Notes under the pieces: generated by a model
Seen by the model: the letters and a program-made list of their open reading frames with translations, nothing else
Told to the model about the DNA's origin: nothing
Database searches by the model: none
Origin: a virus
Taxonomy: Duplodnaviria; Heunggongvirae; Uroviricota; Caudoviricetes
Reading direction: 5' to 3' (one strand)
Virus record (IMG/VR): IMGVR_UViG_2703719365_000004
Location: 1-27,354 of that record
DNA length: 27,354 bases
Shown: piece by piece, positions 15,905 to 25,427 of the stretch
Position numbering within the stretch: position 1 is the first letter of the stretch
Layout of the letters: each line of letters opens with the position of its first letter
Made by a program: the position numbers and the translations under genes

Positions 15905-15950
15905 ACGCCGCGTAATGCGGTTTTTTTGTGCCCGCGTTCTGGCGGGCACA
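15905..15950 (+). terminator. Tandem hairpins after the major capsid gene (putative partial terminator)
   Basis: CCGC-GTAAT-GCGG followed by TTTTTTT, then a perfect 8-bp stem GTGCCCGC-GTTCTG-GCGGGCAC immediately before the AGGAGG RBS of the next gene. Confidence 0.45.
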
Positions 15951-15959
15951 GGAGGTTTT

Positions 15960-16283
15960 ATGCTGTTAAAAATGGAAGAGATTAAGCTTCAGCTCCGTCT
16001 GGATGATGATTTCTCTGATGAAGATGAGTTGCTTGAACTGCTTGGTAAGGCCGCTCAGAGTCGTACGGAAAACTTCCTTAACCGTAAGTTGTATGCAACC
16101 GCAGATGACAGGCCTGCGGATGATCCTGATGGGCTTGTGATATCTGATGATGTGAAGCTGGCACTTCTGCTACTTGTCAGCCATTTCTACGAAAACCGCT
16201 CAACGGTTACAGACGTTGAGAAAATGGAGTTGCCAATGAGTTTTAACTGGTTGGTTGCTCCTTATCGCCTTATACCACTATGA
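15960..16283 (+). CDS. Head-tail connector protein (gp6-like DNA-packaging/head completion protein)
   Basis: ORF track 15915..16283. ATG at 15960 follows AGGAGG. Translation MLLKMEEIKLQLRLDDDFSDEDELLELL...VSHFYENR resembles the gp6-like connector family. Confidence 0.8.
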   Translation: MLLKMEEIKLQLRLDDDFSDEDELLELLGKAAQSRTENFLNRKLYATADDRPADDPDGLVISDDVKLALLLLVSHFYENRSTVTDVEKMELPMSFNWLVAPYRLIPL

Positions 16284-16690
16284 AAATTCGTCAGGCGCAG
16301 ACCAGCGCAACCTACATACTGCCGGACCCCGGCGAACTGAATAAACGCGTCCTGATCCGCCAGCGGGTGGATATGCCCGCGGATAACTTTGGCGTGGAGC
16401 CTCAATACCCGGTTGCGTTCCGGGCATGGGCGAAGGTTATCCAGACCAGTGCCACCACCTGGCAGGAAACCGCGCAGACCGGGGACGCCATCACCCATTA
16501 CATCACCATTCGCTACCGCCGCGGGATCACTGCTGATTATGAGGTGGTCTGTGATGACAGTGTGTACCGGGTGAAACGTCAGCGCGATCTGAACGGGGCG
16601 CGGCGCTTTCTGCTGCTGGAGTGTACGGAACTGGGCGAATTTACGCAGAGTCACGGAGGCAGCAATGGCGACTCCCTTTTTTCACGTTGA
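16280..16690 (+). CDS. Head-tail adaptor / head closure protein
   Basis: 136-aa ORF overlapping the upstream stop (ATGA), in the conserved order after the gp6-like gene. Confidence 0.7.
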   Translation: MKIRQAQTSATYILPDPGELNKRVLIRQRVDMPADNFGVEPQYPVAFRAWAKVIQTSATTWQETAQTGDAITHYITIRYRRGITADYEVVCDDSVYRVKRQRDLNGARRFLLLECTELGEFTQSHGGSNGDSLFSR

Positions 16691-17171
16691 TGTTCAGCAG
16701 CCCGCCGAGATGCGCTTTAACCGCGCCCGTGTCCGGCGGGCGTTTGTCACGATTGGGCAGCGTCATATGCGTGATGCCCGTCGGCTGGTGATGCGCCGTG
16801 CGCGGTCGGCACCGGGTGAAAACCCCGGTTATCAGACCGGACGCCTGGCTCGTTCGATTGGTTACATGGTGCCGAGAGCCAGTAAAAAGCGAGCCGGTTT
16901 TATGACACGCATTGCCCCTAACCAGCGCAACGGGAAGGGGAACCGGATGATCTCTGGTGACTTCTATCCGGCGTTTCTGTTTTTTGGTGTCCGGGGAGGA
17001 GCAAAACGTCGTCGTAGTCATCATCGTGGTGCATCCGGTGGCAGCGGCTGGCGGCTGGCTCCACGTAATAACTTTATGGTGGAAACGCTTGAAAAGAACC
17101 GCAGCTGGACACGCTATTTTCTGGCGCGAGAATTACGTAAATCACTGAAGCCTGAGCGACGACGCAGATGA
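16665..17171 (+). CDS. HK97 gp10-like head-tail joining / tail-completion protein
   Basis: 168-aa basic protein with GGAGG RBS. Positional and compositional similarity to the HK97 gp10 family. Confidence 0.7.
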   Translation: MATPFFHVDVQQPAEMRFNRARVRRAFVTIGQRHMRDARRLVMRRARSAPGENPGYQTGRLARSIGYMVPRASKKRAGFMTRIAPNQRNGKGNRMISGDFYPAFLFFGVRGGAKRRRSHHRGASGGSGWRLAPRNNFMVETLEKNRSWTRYFLARELRKSLKPERRRR

Positions 17172-17728
17172 AACTGACGCCTGTTATTGCTGCGCTGCGT
17201 GCCCGCTGCCCGTATTTTGAAAACCGGGTGGCAGGCGCGGCACAGTTCAAAAATCTGCCGGAGGTCGGAAAGCTGAGACTCCCGGCGGCGTATGTGGTAC
17301 CGGGTGATGACTCTCCGGGAGAAAACAAAAGCCAGACCGACTACTGGCAGGAGCTGAAAGAGGGCTTCTCCGTGGTTGTCATACTGAGTAACGGGCGTGA
17401 TGAGCTCGGTCAGTTTGCTTCGTATGATGTGGTGGACGATGTCCGGCAGATGCTCTTTAAGGCCTTGCTGGGCTGGAACCCGGAAGCGTGCGGTAACCCG
17501 ATTACCTATGACGGCGGCACGCTGCTGGATCTGAATCGTCATGAGCTGATTTATCAGTTCGATTTTTCGGTCATCAGCGAGCTGACTGAAGACGATACCC
17601 GCCAGCAGGATGATCTGAACAGTCTGGATGAACTGCAAACGCTGGCGATTGATGTTGATTATCTCGAGCCCGGTAACGGGCCTGACGGCGATATCGAACA
17701 TCACACCGAAATAACCCTTCCTTCCTGA
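17168..17728 (+). CDS. Tail terminator / tail completion protein (Mu-like tail module), putative
   Basis: 186-aa acidic ORF immediately upstream of the small DUF2635-like ORF and the sheath gene. Assigned by position and gene order only. Confidence 0.55.
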   Translation: MKLTPVIAALRARCPYFENRVAGAAQFKNLPEVGKLRLPAAYVVPGDDSPGENKSQTDYWQELKEGFSVVVILSNGRDELGQFASYDVVDDVRQMLFKALLGWNPEACGNPITYDGGTLLDLNRHELIYQFDFSVISELTEDDTRQQDDLNSLDELQTLAIDVDYLEPGNGPDGDIEHHTEITLPS

Positions 17729-17736
17729 GGATCCTC

Positions 17737-17907
17737 ATGTTTGTCAAACCTGTTAAAGGGCGGTCAGTGCCTGACCCTGCCCGCGGCGACCTTTTGCCCG
17801 CCGAAGGGCGAAATGTTGACGAGAACAACTACTGGCTGCGCCGTGAAGCAGCGGGTGATATCCGGCGCGTGAATAAAAAGGTGAACACCGATGACGATAA
17901 GCTTTAA
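17737..17907 (+). CDS. Small conserved protein (DUF2635-like) preceding the tail sheath gene, not in the ORF track
   Basis: ATG at 17737 follows TGAGGA. Translation MFVKPVKGRSVPDPARGDLLPAEGRNVDENNYWLRREAAGDIRRVNKKVNTDDDKL matches my memory of short proteins found before sheath genes in Mu-like tail clusters. Confidence 0.5.
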   Translation: MFVKPVKGRSVPDPARGDLLPAEGRNVDENNYWLRREAAGDIRRVNKKVNTDDDKL

Positions 17908-19387
17908 CACCATTCCGTCGAATACGCTGGTTCCGTTGTTTTATGCGGAAATGGATAACCAGGCGGCGAATACTGCACAGGACAGCGGAGCATCGCTGCT
18001 GATTGGTCATGCCAATAACGGTGCAGAGATTGTTGCCAACAGTCTGGTACTGATGTCGTCGGCAGACTATGCACGCCAGATTTGTGGTGCGGGAAGTCAG
18101 CTGGCGCGTATGGTCGAGGCTTATCGCCAGACTGACCCGTTTGGCGAGCTGTATGTGATTGCCGTTCCTGAATCCACAGGTGCGGCGGCAACAGTTACGC
18201 TGACGGTGACCGGGGCGGCAACCGAAACCGGCACGGTGAATGTGTATGTAGGACGTACCCGCGTGCAGGCACCGGTGACTAACGGCGATAACGTCACGAT
18301 GATTGCCAGCAGTATCCAGGATGCCATCAATGCCGTTCCGACCCTGCCGTTTACGGCTTCATCTTTGGCAGGCGTGGTCACACTGACCGCGCGTCATAAG
18401 GGGCTTTGTGGGAATGAAATTCCTGTCAGCCTCAATTACTACGGCTTTGGTGGGGGCGAAGTGCTGCCAGCGGGCGTACAGATTGCCGTGGCGACGGGTA
18501 CCGCCGGAACGGGTGCTCCGGTTCTCACCGGCGCGGTGGCTGCAATGGCGGATGAGCCGTTTGATTATATCGGCCTGCCGTTCAACGACACGGCCTCCGT
18601 TAACACGCTGGTGACCGAGATGAACGATACCAGCGGTCGCTGGAGCTATGCGCGTCAGCTGTATGGTCATGTGTATACGGCAAAGATCGGCACGCTGTCA
18701 GAACTGGTGACCGCAGGTGACCAGTTTAACCAGCAGCACATTACCCTGGCGGGGTACGAAAAAGAGACCCAGACGCCTGCCGACGAGCTGGCGGCAAGCC
18801 GTACCGCCCGCGCAGCGGTGTTTATCCGCAACGATCCGGCACGTCCCACGCAGACCGGTGAGCTGGTGGGTATGCTGCCTGCGCCGAAGGGGAAACGGTT
18901 CACGATGACCGAACAACAGACCCTGCTGTCTCATGGCGTGGCAACGGCGTATGTCGAAAGCGGGGTACTACGCATTCAGCGTGATGTCACCACGTACAGG
19001 AAAAACGCTTACGGGGTTGCGGATAACAGTTACCTCGACAGTGAGACGCTGCATACCAGCGCGTATGTACTGCGCAAACTGAAATCCGTCATTACCAGTA
19101 AGTACGGGCGTCACAAGCTTGCCAGTGACGGTACCCGCTTTGGTCCCGGTCAGGCGATTGTCACCCCGGCGGTGATCAAAGGGGAACTGCTGGCAACCTA
19201 CCGTCAGCTTGAGCGTGCGGGGATCGTGGAAAACTACGAACTGTTTAAGCAGTACCTGGTTGTGGAGCGTGATGCCAGCGATCCGAACCGCCTGAACACG
19301 CTGTTCCCGCCTGACTATGTTAACCAGCTGCGTGTCTTTGCCGTGGTTAATCAGTTCCGTCTTCAGTATTCAGAGGAGTCTGCATAA
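17891..19387 (+). CDS. Tail sheath protein (Mu gpL-like)
   Basis: 498 aa, the size and position of a contractile-tail sheath protein, directly followed by the tube gene. Confidence 0.9.
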   Translation: MTISFNTIPSNTLVPLFYAEMDNQAANTAQDSGASLLIGHANNGAEIVANSLVLMSSADYARQICGAGSQLARMVEAYRQTDPFGELYVIAVPESTGAAATVTLTVTGAATETGTVNVYVGRTRVQAPVTNGDNVTMIASSIQDAINAVPTLPFTASSLAGVVTLTARHKGLCGNEIPVSLNYYGFGGGEVLPAGVQIAVATGTAGTGAPVLTGAVAAMADEPFDYIGLPFNDTASVNTLVTEMNDTSGRWSYARQLYGHVYTAKIGTLSELVTAGDQFNQQHITLAGYEKETQTPADELAASRTARAAVFIRNDPARPTQTGELVGMLPAPKGKRFTMTEQQTLLSHGVATAYVESGVLRIQRDVTTYRKNAYGVADNSYLDSETLHTSAYVLRKLKSVITSKYGRHKLASDGTRFGPGQAIVTPAVIKGELLATYRQLERAGIVENYELFKQYLVVERDASDPNRLNTLFPPDYVNQLRVFAVVNQFRLQYSEESA

Positions 19388-19743
19388 TGGCCCGTATCGG
19401 GGGAACCTGTTATTTCAAAATTGACGGTCAGCAGCTATCGCTGACCGGCGGCATTGAGGTGCCCATGAACAAAACGGTTAACGATGACATCATCGGCCTG
19501 GACGGTTCAGTGGACCGCAAGGAAACTCACCGTGCGCCTTATGTCAAAGGGACCTTCAAGGTGCCGAAGAATTTTCCGGTAAGCAAAATCACCTCGTCTG
19601 ATGAGATGACCATCACTGCCGAGCTGGCGAACGGTCAGGTCTATGTACTGTCGTCTGCCTGGCTGCACGGCGAAGCGAACCATAATGCCGAAGAAGGCAC
19701 GGTTGATCTTGAGTTCCACGGTGAAGAAGGGGATTACCAGTAA
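19387..19743 (+). CDS. Tail tube protein (Mu gpM-like)
   Basis: 118 aa, MARIGGTCYFKIDGQQLSLTGG..., start overlapping the sheath stop. Conserved sheath-tube order. Confidence 0.9.
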   Translation: MARIGGTCYFKIDGQQLSLTGGIEVPMNKTVNDDIIGLDGSVDRKETHRAPYVKGTFKVPKNFPVSKITSSDEMTITAELANGQVYVLSSAWLHGEANHNAEEGTVDLEFHGEEGDYQ

Positions 19744-20012
19744 TGAAAGAGCTTGAGTTAAAGAAACCGATTACTGCTCATGGCGAGACACTCTCCGTAC
19801 TGGAGTTTGATGAACCCACCGGGAAGGATGTCCGCGAGCTGGGGTATCCCTACCAGATGAATCAGGATGAGTCAGTCAGACTTCTGGCGCATGTGGTGTC
19901 GAAATACATTGTGCGGCTGGCGAAAGTGCCGCAAAGCTCTGTCGACCAGATGTCTCCGGCAGACCTGAATGCAGCGGCGTGGCTTGTGGCTGGTTTTTTC
20001 CTCCAGGCCTGA
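19743..20012 (+). CDS. Tail assembly chaperone (upstream frame, G-like)
   Basis: 89-aa ORF between the tube and tape-measure genes. Contains the slippery heptamer TTTTTTC near its 3' end. Confidence 0.8.
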   Translation: MKELELKKPITAHGETLSVLEFDEPTGKDVRELGYPYQMNQDESVRLLAHVVSKYIVRLAKVPQSSVDQMSPADLNAAAWLVAGFFLQA

Positions 20013-20167
20013 CGGCTGAATACCTCACTGATCGCTTCTTTGACTGCGCCAGCTACTGGCGCATTAATCCTTTCGAATTGCTGAATATGCCGATCAGTGA
20101 AATTCCCTTGCTGGTCAGTCAGGCAAACAGGATAGAGCAGGAGAAACGCACACATGGCGGAATTTGA
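19979..20167 (+). CDS. Tail assembly chaperone, -1 frame extension (GT-like frameshift product segment)
   Basis: Overlapping ORF in the -1 frame relative to 19743..20012. It is reached from the slippery site T_TTT_TTC (about 19994-20000) and ends just inside the tape-measure gene start. Confidence 0.5.
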   Translation: MACGWFFPPGLTAEYLTDRFFDCASYWRINPFELLNMPISEIPLLVSQANRIEQEKRTHGGI

Positions 20168-21989
20168 GCTTAAGGCGTTGATCACCGGTGTCGACAGGCT
20201 TTCTCCCGCGCTGTCGAAAATGCAAAAGAAAATCCGGGGATTTAAACGCCAGGCGGAAGAAGCGTCACAGGGTGGGCTGGCGCTTGGTGGCGGACTGGCA
20301 GCGGGTCTGACGCTTTCCCTGAAATCTTATGCCGATCAGGAAAACGCCGCCACCGGGCTGAAAGTCGCCATGATGGATGCGAACGGCGAGGTTGGAAAGA
20401 GCTTTCAGGACATCAATAAACTGGCTATTGGCCTGGGTAACCAGCTACCCGGTACAACGGCTGATTTCCAGAACATGATGCAGATGCTGGTGCGTCAGGG
20501 GATCCCGGCAGAAAACATTCTTGGCGGTGTGGGTAAAGCGACAGCTTATCTTGCGGTACAACTGAAAAAAACACCGGAAGCGGCTGCTGAGTTTGCTGCA
20601 AAGATGCAGGATGCTACCGGAACGGCGTCAGAAGACATGATGGGGCTGTTCGACACTATCCAGAAGGCGTTTTATCTGGGTGTTGACGATACCAACATGT
20701 TGTCCTTCTTCACTAAAACCAGCTCTGTTCTGAAGATGGTGAACAAGGACGGTCTTCAGGCTGCACAGAGCCTTGCCCCCATCAGCGTCATGATGGATCA
20801 GATGGGGATGAACGGGGAGTCGGCAGGTAACGCCCTGCGAAAAGTTATCCAGTCCGGATTAAGCGTTAAGAAAATCAGGGACGTCAATAAAATCATGGCC
20901 CGCCAGAAACTCGGGGTACAGCTCGATTTTACTGACGGCAAAGGAAGTTTTGGCGGTCTTGATAACATGTTCAGGCAACTGGCAAAGCTGCGAAAACTGA
21001 CCGACGTTAAGCGAACAGGTGTACTTAAGGCAATATTTGGTGATGATGCCGAAACCCTTCAGGTGGTCAATGCACTAATCGATAAAGGAAAGGATGGCTA
21101 CGATCAGATCCAGCAGAAGATGAATAAACAGGCCAGCCTGAATAAACGTGTTCAGGCCCAGCTTGGTACGCTGTCCAACCTGTGGGAGGCAATGACGGGG
21201 ACCGCAACTAACGGCCTTGCGGCTATTGGCGGCGCATTTTCTGGTGACGCCAAAAATATCACGCAATGGCTGGGGGAGTTAGGGGAAAAATTCACGAAGT
21301 TTGCGGATGAAAATCCCCGGGTTATTCGCGGCGTCGTCGGGCTTGCTGCCGGTCTTGCGATTCTGAAACTGGGATTGATGGGCGTTGGCGGTGCCATCAG
21401 TATTGTCAGCAGGATCATGTCGATGACGCCGATTGGAATGATTGCGACGGCGATAGCCCTGGCTGCGGGATTAATTATCACTAACTGGGATGTTGTCGGA
21501 CCTTATTTCAAGAAGCTCTGGGAAACCATTGGTCCTTATTTTGAGGCTGGCTGGGAACTTCTGAAGAAGGTTTTTGCCTGGTCGCCGCTGGGGATGGTAA
21601 TCAATAACTGGGGACCGGTTGTTAAGTGGTTTCAGGATATGTGGGACAAACTGAAGCCAATTATTGAGTGGTTTACCGACAGTTCCGGTGACACGGTCGA
21701 TGCCATTAACTCTGCGCAGTGGGGCGCGGGTGCTTATGATGCTTATGGGACGGGAATACCGGCACGGGGATACACACCTTATCAGGCGGTAGATCCGGCT
21801 CAGTCAAACAACGCCTCCGGTGCCACAGGCCCGAATCCCTTCATGATTAACAAAGCTTCTGCGCCAAAAGTTGATGGTGAGATCAAGGTCTCTTTTGTGA
21901 ATTCGCCTCCGGGTATGCGGGTTATGGAAACGCGATCCAGCGGTTTTGATGTCAGCCATGATGTTGGCTATACGCGCTTTGGCAGGTAA
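20154..21989 (+). CDS. Tail tape measure protein
   Basis: 611 aa, Ala/Gly-rich helical protein with C-terminal hydrophobic segments. Follows the frameshifted chaperone pair. Confidence 0.9.
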   Translation: MAEFELKALITGVDRLSPALSKMQKKIRGFKRQAEEASQGGLALGGGLAAGLTLSLKSYADQENAATGLKVAMMDANGEVGKSFQDINKLAIGLGNQLPGTTADFQNMMQMLVRQGIPAENILGGVGKATAYLAVQLKKTPEAAAEFAAKMQDATGTASEDMMGLFDTIQKAFYLGVDDTNMLSFFTKTSSVLKMVNKDGLQAAQSLAPISVMMDQMGMNGESAGNALRKVIQSGLSVKKIRDVNKIMARQKLGVQLDFTDGKGSFGGLDNMFRQLAKLRKLTDVKRTGVLKAIFGDDAETLQVVNALIDKGKDGYDQIQQKMNKQASLNKRVQAQLGTLSNLWEAMTGTATNGLAAIGGAFSGDAKNITQWLGELGEKFTKFADENPRVIRGVVGLAAGLAILKLGLMGVGGAISIVSRIMSMTPIGMIATAIALAAGLIITNWDVVGPYFKKLWETIGPYFEAGWELLKKVFAWSPLGMVINNWGPVVKWFQDMWDKLKPIIEWFTDSSGDTVDAINSAQWGAGAYDAYGTGIPARGYTPYQAVDPAQSNNASGATGPNPFMINKASAPKVDGEIKVSFVNSPPGMRVMETRSSGFDVSHDVGYTRFGR

Positions 21990-22049
21990 TGAAAAATTAA
22001 TCTGTTAATGAGTCCCACTCCGGTGGGATTTTTTATGTACGGAGTTTAT

Positions 22050-23378
22050 ATGACGTGGAAAGACAGACTTCAGGACGCGTCATTTCGCGGTGTGCCGTTT
22101 AAGGTTGAAGAAGAAAGTGCGGGAACCGGTCGTCGTGTGGAAACGCACGAATACCCGAACCGCGACAAACCCTATACCGAAGACCTGGGGAAAATCACTT
22201 TCCGCCCGTCCATCACAGCTTATGTGGTGGGAGATGACTGCTTTGACCAGCGCGATCGCCTGATTGACGCGCTGAATAAACCCGGTCCCGGCACGCTTGT
22301 CCATCCGACTTACGGTGAGCTGAAAGTCTGTGTTGACGGGGAAGTTCGGGTCAGCACATCGAAGAGTGAAGGGCGTATTGTCCGCTTTGACCTGAAGTTT
22401 GTCGAAGCGGGAGAACTCTCTTACCCCACTTCAGGTGCGGCGACGGCGCAGACGCTGATGTCATCCTGTTCTGCACTGGATGACTGCATCAGTGACAGCT
22501 TCAGTGGTTTCAGTATCGATGGCGTGGCAGATTTTGTGCAGAACGACGTCGTCGGTAATGCCAGCACAATGCTTGGGTATGTTTCTGATGCGATGAAAGT
22601 GGTGGATTCTGCCGTATCGGATGCCGCCAGGCTGTTGCAGGGGGATATCTCGGTACTTCTGCCGCCACCATCGTCAGGCAAAAATTTCGTTGAGCAGGTG
22701 CAGAAAATGTGGCGTACCGGGAAACGCCTTTATGGTAACGCCAGCGACCTGGTCACCATGATCAAAACGCTTTCCGGTGTCAGCCTCGGCAGCGATCTGC
22801 AACCGCGCGGCGTCTGGAAAACGGACAGTAAAACTACCGCCACGGCGACGCAGCAGCGTAACGTGGTTGCCAGCACCCTTCGTACGACCGCAATCAGCGA
22901 AGCGGCGTATGCCGTCACACGATTGCCTGCGCCCACAACTTCCGCGGTGATGCAGAATGCCACAGTAGGGCAGTCAACAACACCCGCGCAGAGCACCGGC
23001 TGGCCTTCTGTCACGCATCCGGCACTGAACAATGCACCGGCGGTGAAAAACACGGTTGACCTGCCAACGTGGGAAGAACTGACCGACATTCGCGACACAC
23101 TGAATACGGCAATTGATAAGGAGTTGTCCCGTACAACCAGTGATGCGCTGTTTCTGGCGCTGCGCCGGGTGAAAGCAGATCTGAATGCGGATATCAACAC
23201 GCGCCTTGAACAGTCTGCACGGATCATTCAGCGCACGCCGGATGAGGTTTTACCCGCGCTGGTGCTGGCGGCGACCTGGTTTGATAACGCGGCGCGTGAC
23301 GCGGACATTATCCGGCGTAATGCCATTACGCATCCCGGCTTTGTGCCGGTGATCCCTCTGAAGGTGCCAGTGCAATGA
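22050..23378 (+). CDS. DNA circulation protein (Mu gpN-like)
   Basis: ORF track 22008..23378; probable start at the ATG at 22050 (MTWKDRLQDASFRGVPFKVEE...). Follows the tape-measure gene as in Mu-like tail modules. Confidence 0.8.
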   Translation: MTWKDRLQDASFRGVPFKVEEESAGTGRRVETHEYPNRDKPYTEDLGKITFRPSITAYVVGDDCFDQRDRLIDALNKPGPGTLVHPTYGELKVCVDGEVRVSTSKSEGRIVRFDLKFVEAGELSYPTSGAATAQTLMSSCSALDDCISDSFSGFSIDGVADFVQNDVVGNASTMLGYVSDAMKVVDSAVSDAARLLQGDISVLLPPPSSGKNFVEQVQKMWRTGKRLYGNASDLVTMIKTLSGVSLGSDLQPRGVWKTDSKTTATATQQRNVVASTLRTTAISEAAYAVTRLPAPTTSAVMQNATVGQSTTPAQSTGWPSVTHPALNNAPAVKNTVDLPTWEELTDIRDTLNTAIDKELSRTTSDALFLALRRVKADLNADINTRLEQSARIIQRTPDEVLPALVLAATWFDNAARDADIIRRNAITHPGFVPVIPLKVPVQ

Positions 23379-24454
23379 ACGACAATGTCACGCTACGGGT
23401 AAATGGCCGGGAGTGGAATGGCTGGACATCGGTGCGCATCGGTGCCGGTATTGAACGGCTGGCGCGGGATTTCAGTGTGGAGATCACTCGCCAGTGGCCG
23501 GGAGATGAGGGTATCACCACGCTTCAGCCGCGCATTAAAAACGGTTCAAAAGTGGAAGTGCTGATTGGTGATGAGCTGGTGATCACCGGCTGGGTGGAGG
23601 CGACTCCCGTTCGTTACGATGCCCGTTCGGTCAGCACCGGTATTGCCGGACGTAGTCTGACGGCTGACCTGATTGACTGTGCAGCCGAACCGACACAGTT
23701 TAACGGACGCTCGCTGGTGCAGATTGCGCAGGCGCTTGCTGCGCCTTTCGGCATTGAGGTGGTGAACAGCGGTGCGCCGTCGGGTGTTATTCCTGATGTT
23801 CAGCCTGATCACGGTGAAACGGTGATTGAGGTTATCAACAAAATACTCGGTCAGCAGCAGGCGCTGGCTTACGACGATCCGCACGGCAGGCTGGTGATTG
23901 GCGGTATTGGCTCAACGCGGGCACATACCGCGCTGGTACTTGGGGAAAACATCCTTTCCTGTGATACGGAGAAGAGTATCCGGGAGCGGTTTTCTGTTTA
24001 CCAGGTGGCGGGGCAGCGTGCCGGAAACGACGATGATTTCGGTGAGGTCACCACCACCGCGCTGCGGGCCCGCACAGAGGACGCATTTATTGCCCGTTAC
24101 CGTCCGATGTATATCAGGCAGACAGGGCAGGCCACGGGGGCAGGCTGTATTGCGCGTGCTGACTTTGAAGCCCGACAACGGGCGGCGCGGACGGATGAAA
24201 CCACCTATGTGGTGCAGGGCTGGCGACAGGGTAACGGTACGCTGTGGCAGCCCAACCAGCGGGTGATTGTCTTCGATCCAGTCTGTGGTTTCGACAATAC
24301 CGAACTGCTTGTCTCGGAAGTCACGTTTACTCAGGACCAGAACGGCACCCTGACGGAAATCCGTGTCGGCCCGCCTGATGCTTATCTGCCTGAACCCGAA
24401 GCCCCCGGCGCGCGGAAAAAGAAAAAAGCCAGAGTACAGGAGGACCCGTTCTGA
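23375..24454 (+). CDS. Baseplate hub / tail protein (Mu gpP-like)
   Basis: 359-aa ORF with overlapping start, in conserved Mu-like order (N, P, gp45, gp46, gp47, gp48). Confidence 0.8.
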   Translation: MNDNVTLRVNGREWNGWTSVRIGAGIERLARDFSVEITRQWPGDEGITTLQPRIKNGSKVEVLIGDELVITGWVEATPVRYDARSVSTGIAGRSLTADLIDCAAEPTQFNGRSLVQIAQALAAPFGIEVVNSGAPSGVIPDVQPDHGETVIEVINKILGQQQALAYDDPHGRLVIGGIGSTRAHTALVLGENILSCDTEKSIRERFSVYQVAGQRAGNDDDFGEVTTTALRARTEDAFIARYRPMYIRQTGQATGAGCIARADFEARQRAARTDETTYVVQGWRQGNGTLWQPNQRVIVFDPVCGFDNTELLVSEVTFTQDQNGTLTEIRVGPPDAYLPEPEAPGARKKKKARVQEDPF

Positions 24455-25002
24455 TGAGGACGATTGAAGCCATGCAGCGACAACTTCTCGGCCTGATTGC
24501 GCGGGCAGTGGTGAAAAGCATCAGTGCCGCCACGAAATGTCAGACCGTGGATGTGTCCCTGATTGCCGGTGAACCCAAAGCCGGGGTTGAACATCTTGAA
24601 CCCTACGGTTTTACCGCAAGGGCAAACAGCGGCGCGGAAGCGGTGGTGTTGTTTCCGGATGGCGACCGTTCTCATGCGGTGGTTGTTACGGTGTCGGACC
24701 GGCGCTACCGCCTGAAAGGGTTGCAGACGGGTGAGGTGGCTGTCTATGACGATCAGGGGCAGTCTGTGACGCTGACCCGGGAGGGGATCGTGGTGGACGG
24801 TGCAGGTAAAACGATCACGTTTCGCAATTCACCTAAAGCACGTTTTGAAATGGACCTGGAAGTGACAGGACAGGTGAAAGACCTGTGCGACTCCAGCGGC
24901 ACTACCATGTCAGCGATGCGGCTTGCCTATAACGGGCATCGTCACAGAGAGAACGGTCAGGGCAGTAACACCGACAAACCGGATAAAGCGATGGAGGCAT
25001 GA
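24454..25002 (+). CDS. Baseplate assembly protein V / spike (Mu gp45-like)
   Basis: 182 aa with beta-rich N-terminal domain (VDVSLIAGEPKAGVEHLEPYGFTARA). Conserved position. Confidence 0.85.
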   Translation: MRTIEAMQRQLLGLIARAVVKSISAATKCQTVDVSLIAGEPKAGVEHLEPYGFTARANSGAEAVVLFPDGDRSHAVVVTVSDRRYRLKGLQTGEVAVYDDQGQSVTLTREGIVVDGAGKTITFRNSPKARFEMDLEVTGQVKDLCDSSGTTMSAMRLAYNGHRHRENGQGSNTDKPDKAMEA

Positions 25003-25427
25003 TGGAACTGTGGCTGACGGTGAACGGTAAACGCACCTGCGCCAGCGCACCGCTGGATCCGCTGACCCGCGCCGTGGTGATTTCCCTGTTTACCTGGCGG
25101 CGGGCGGAGCCTGATGACAACGCCGACGTCCCGATGGGATGGTGGGGGGATACCTGGCCTGCGGTACAGAATGACCGTTACGGCTCACGACTGTGGCTGC
25201 TTCAGCGCAGCAAACTGACCAATCAGCTGGTGCAGACAGTAAGGGGGTATATCCGCGAATGCCTGCAATGGATGATTGATGACGGCGTGGTGTCCCGTAT
25301 TGATCTGGATATCCGCCGCACCGGGATTAATGAGCTGGGTAACAGTATCACCCTCTGGCGTCGTGACGGACCGGTAATGATTTCTTTTGATGATCTGTGG
25401 AGTGCGATAACGCATGGCGGACAGTGA
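24999..25427 (+). CDS. Baseplate protein (Mu gp46-like)
   Basis: 142-aa ORF overlapping the upstream stop, between the gp45-like and baseplate J-like genes. Confidence 0.8.
   Translation: MMELWLTVNGKRTCASAPLDPLTRAVVISLFTWRRAEPDDNADVPMGWWGDTWPAVQNDRYGSRLWLLQRSKLTNQLVQTVRGYIRECLQWMIDDGVVSRIDLDIRRTGINELGNSITLWRRDGPVMISFDDLWSAITHGGQ

Noticed and set aside
17114-17704. 196-aa minus-strand ORF overlapping the tail-completion gene
   Set aside because: Antisense shadow of a + strand gene within a tightly packed, translationally coupled structural operon.
22730-23227. 165-aa minus-strand ORF inside the Mu N-like gene
   Set aside because: Antisense to a conserved tail gene. Arg/Ser/Ala-rich composition typical of reverse-frame artefacts.
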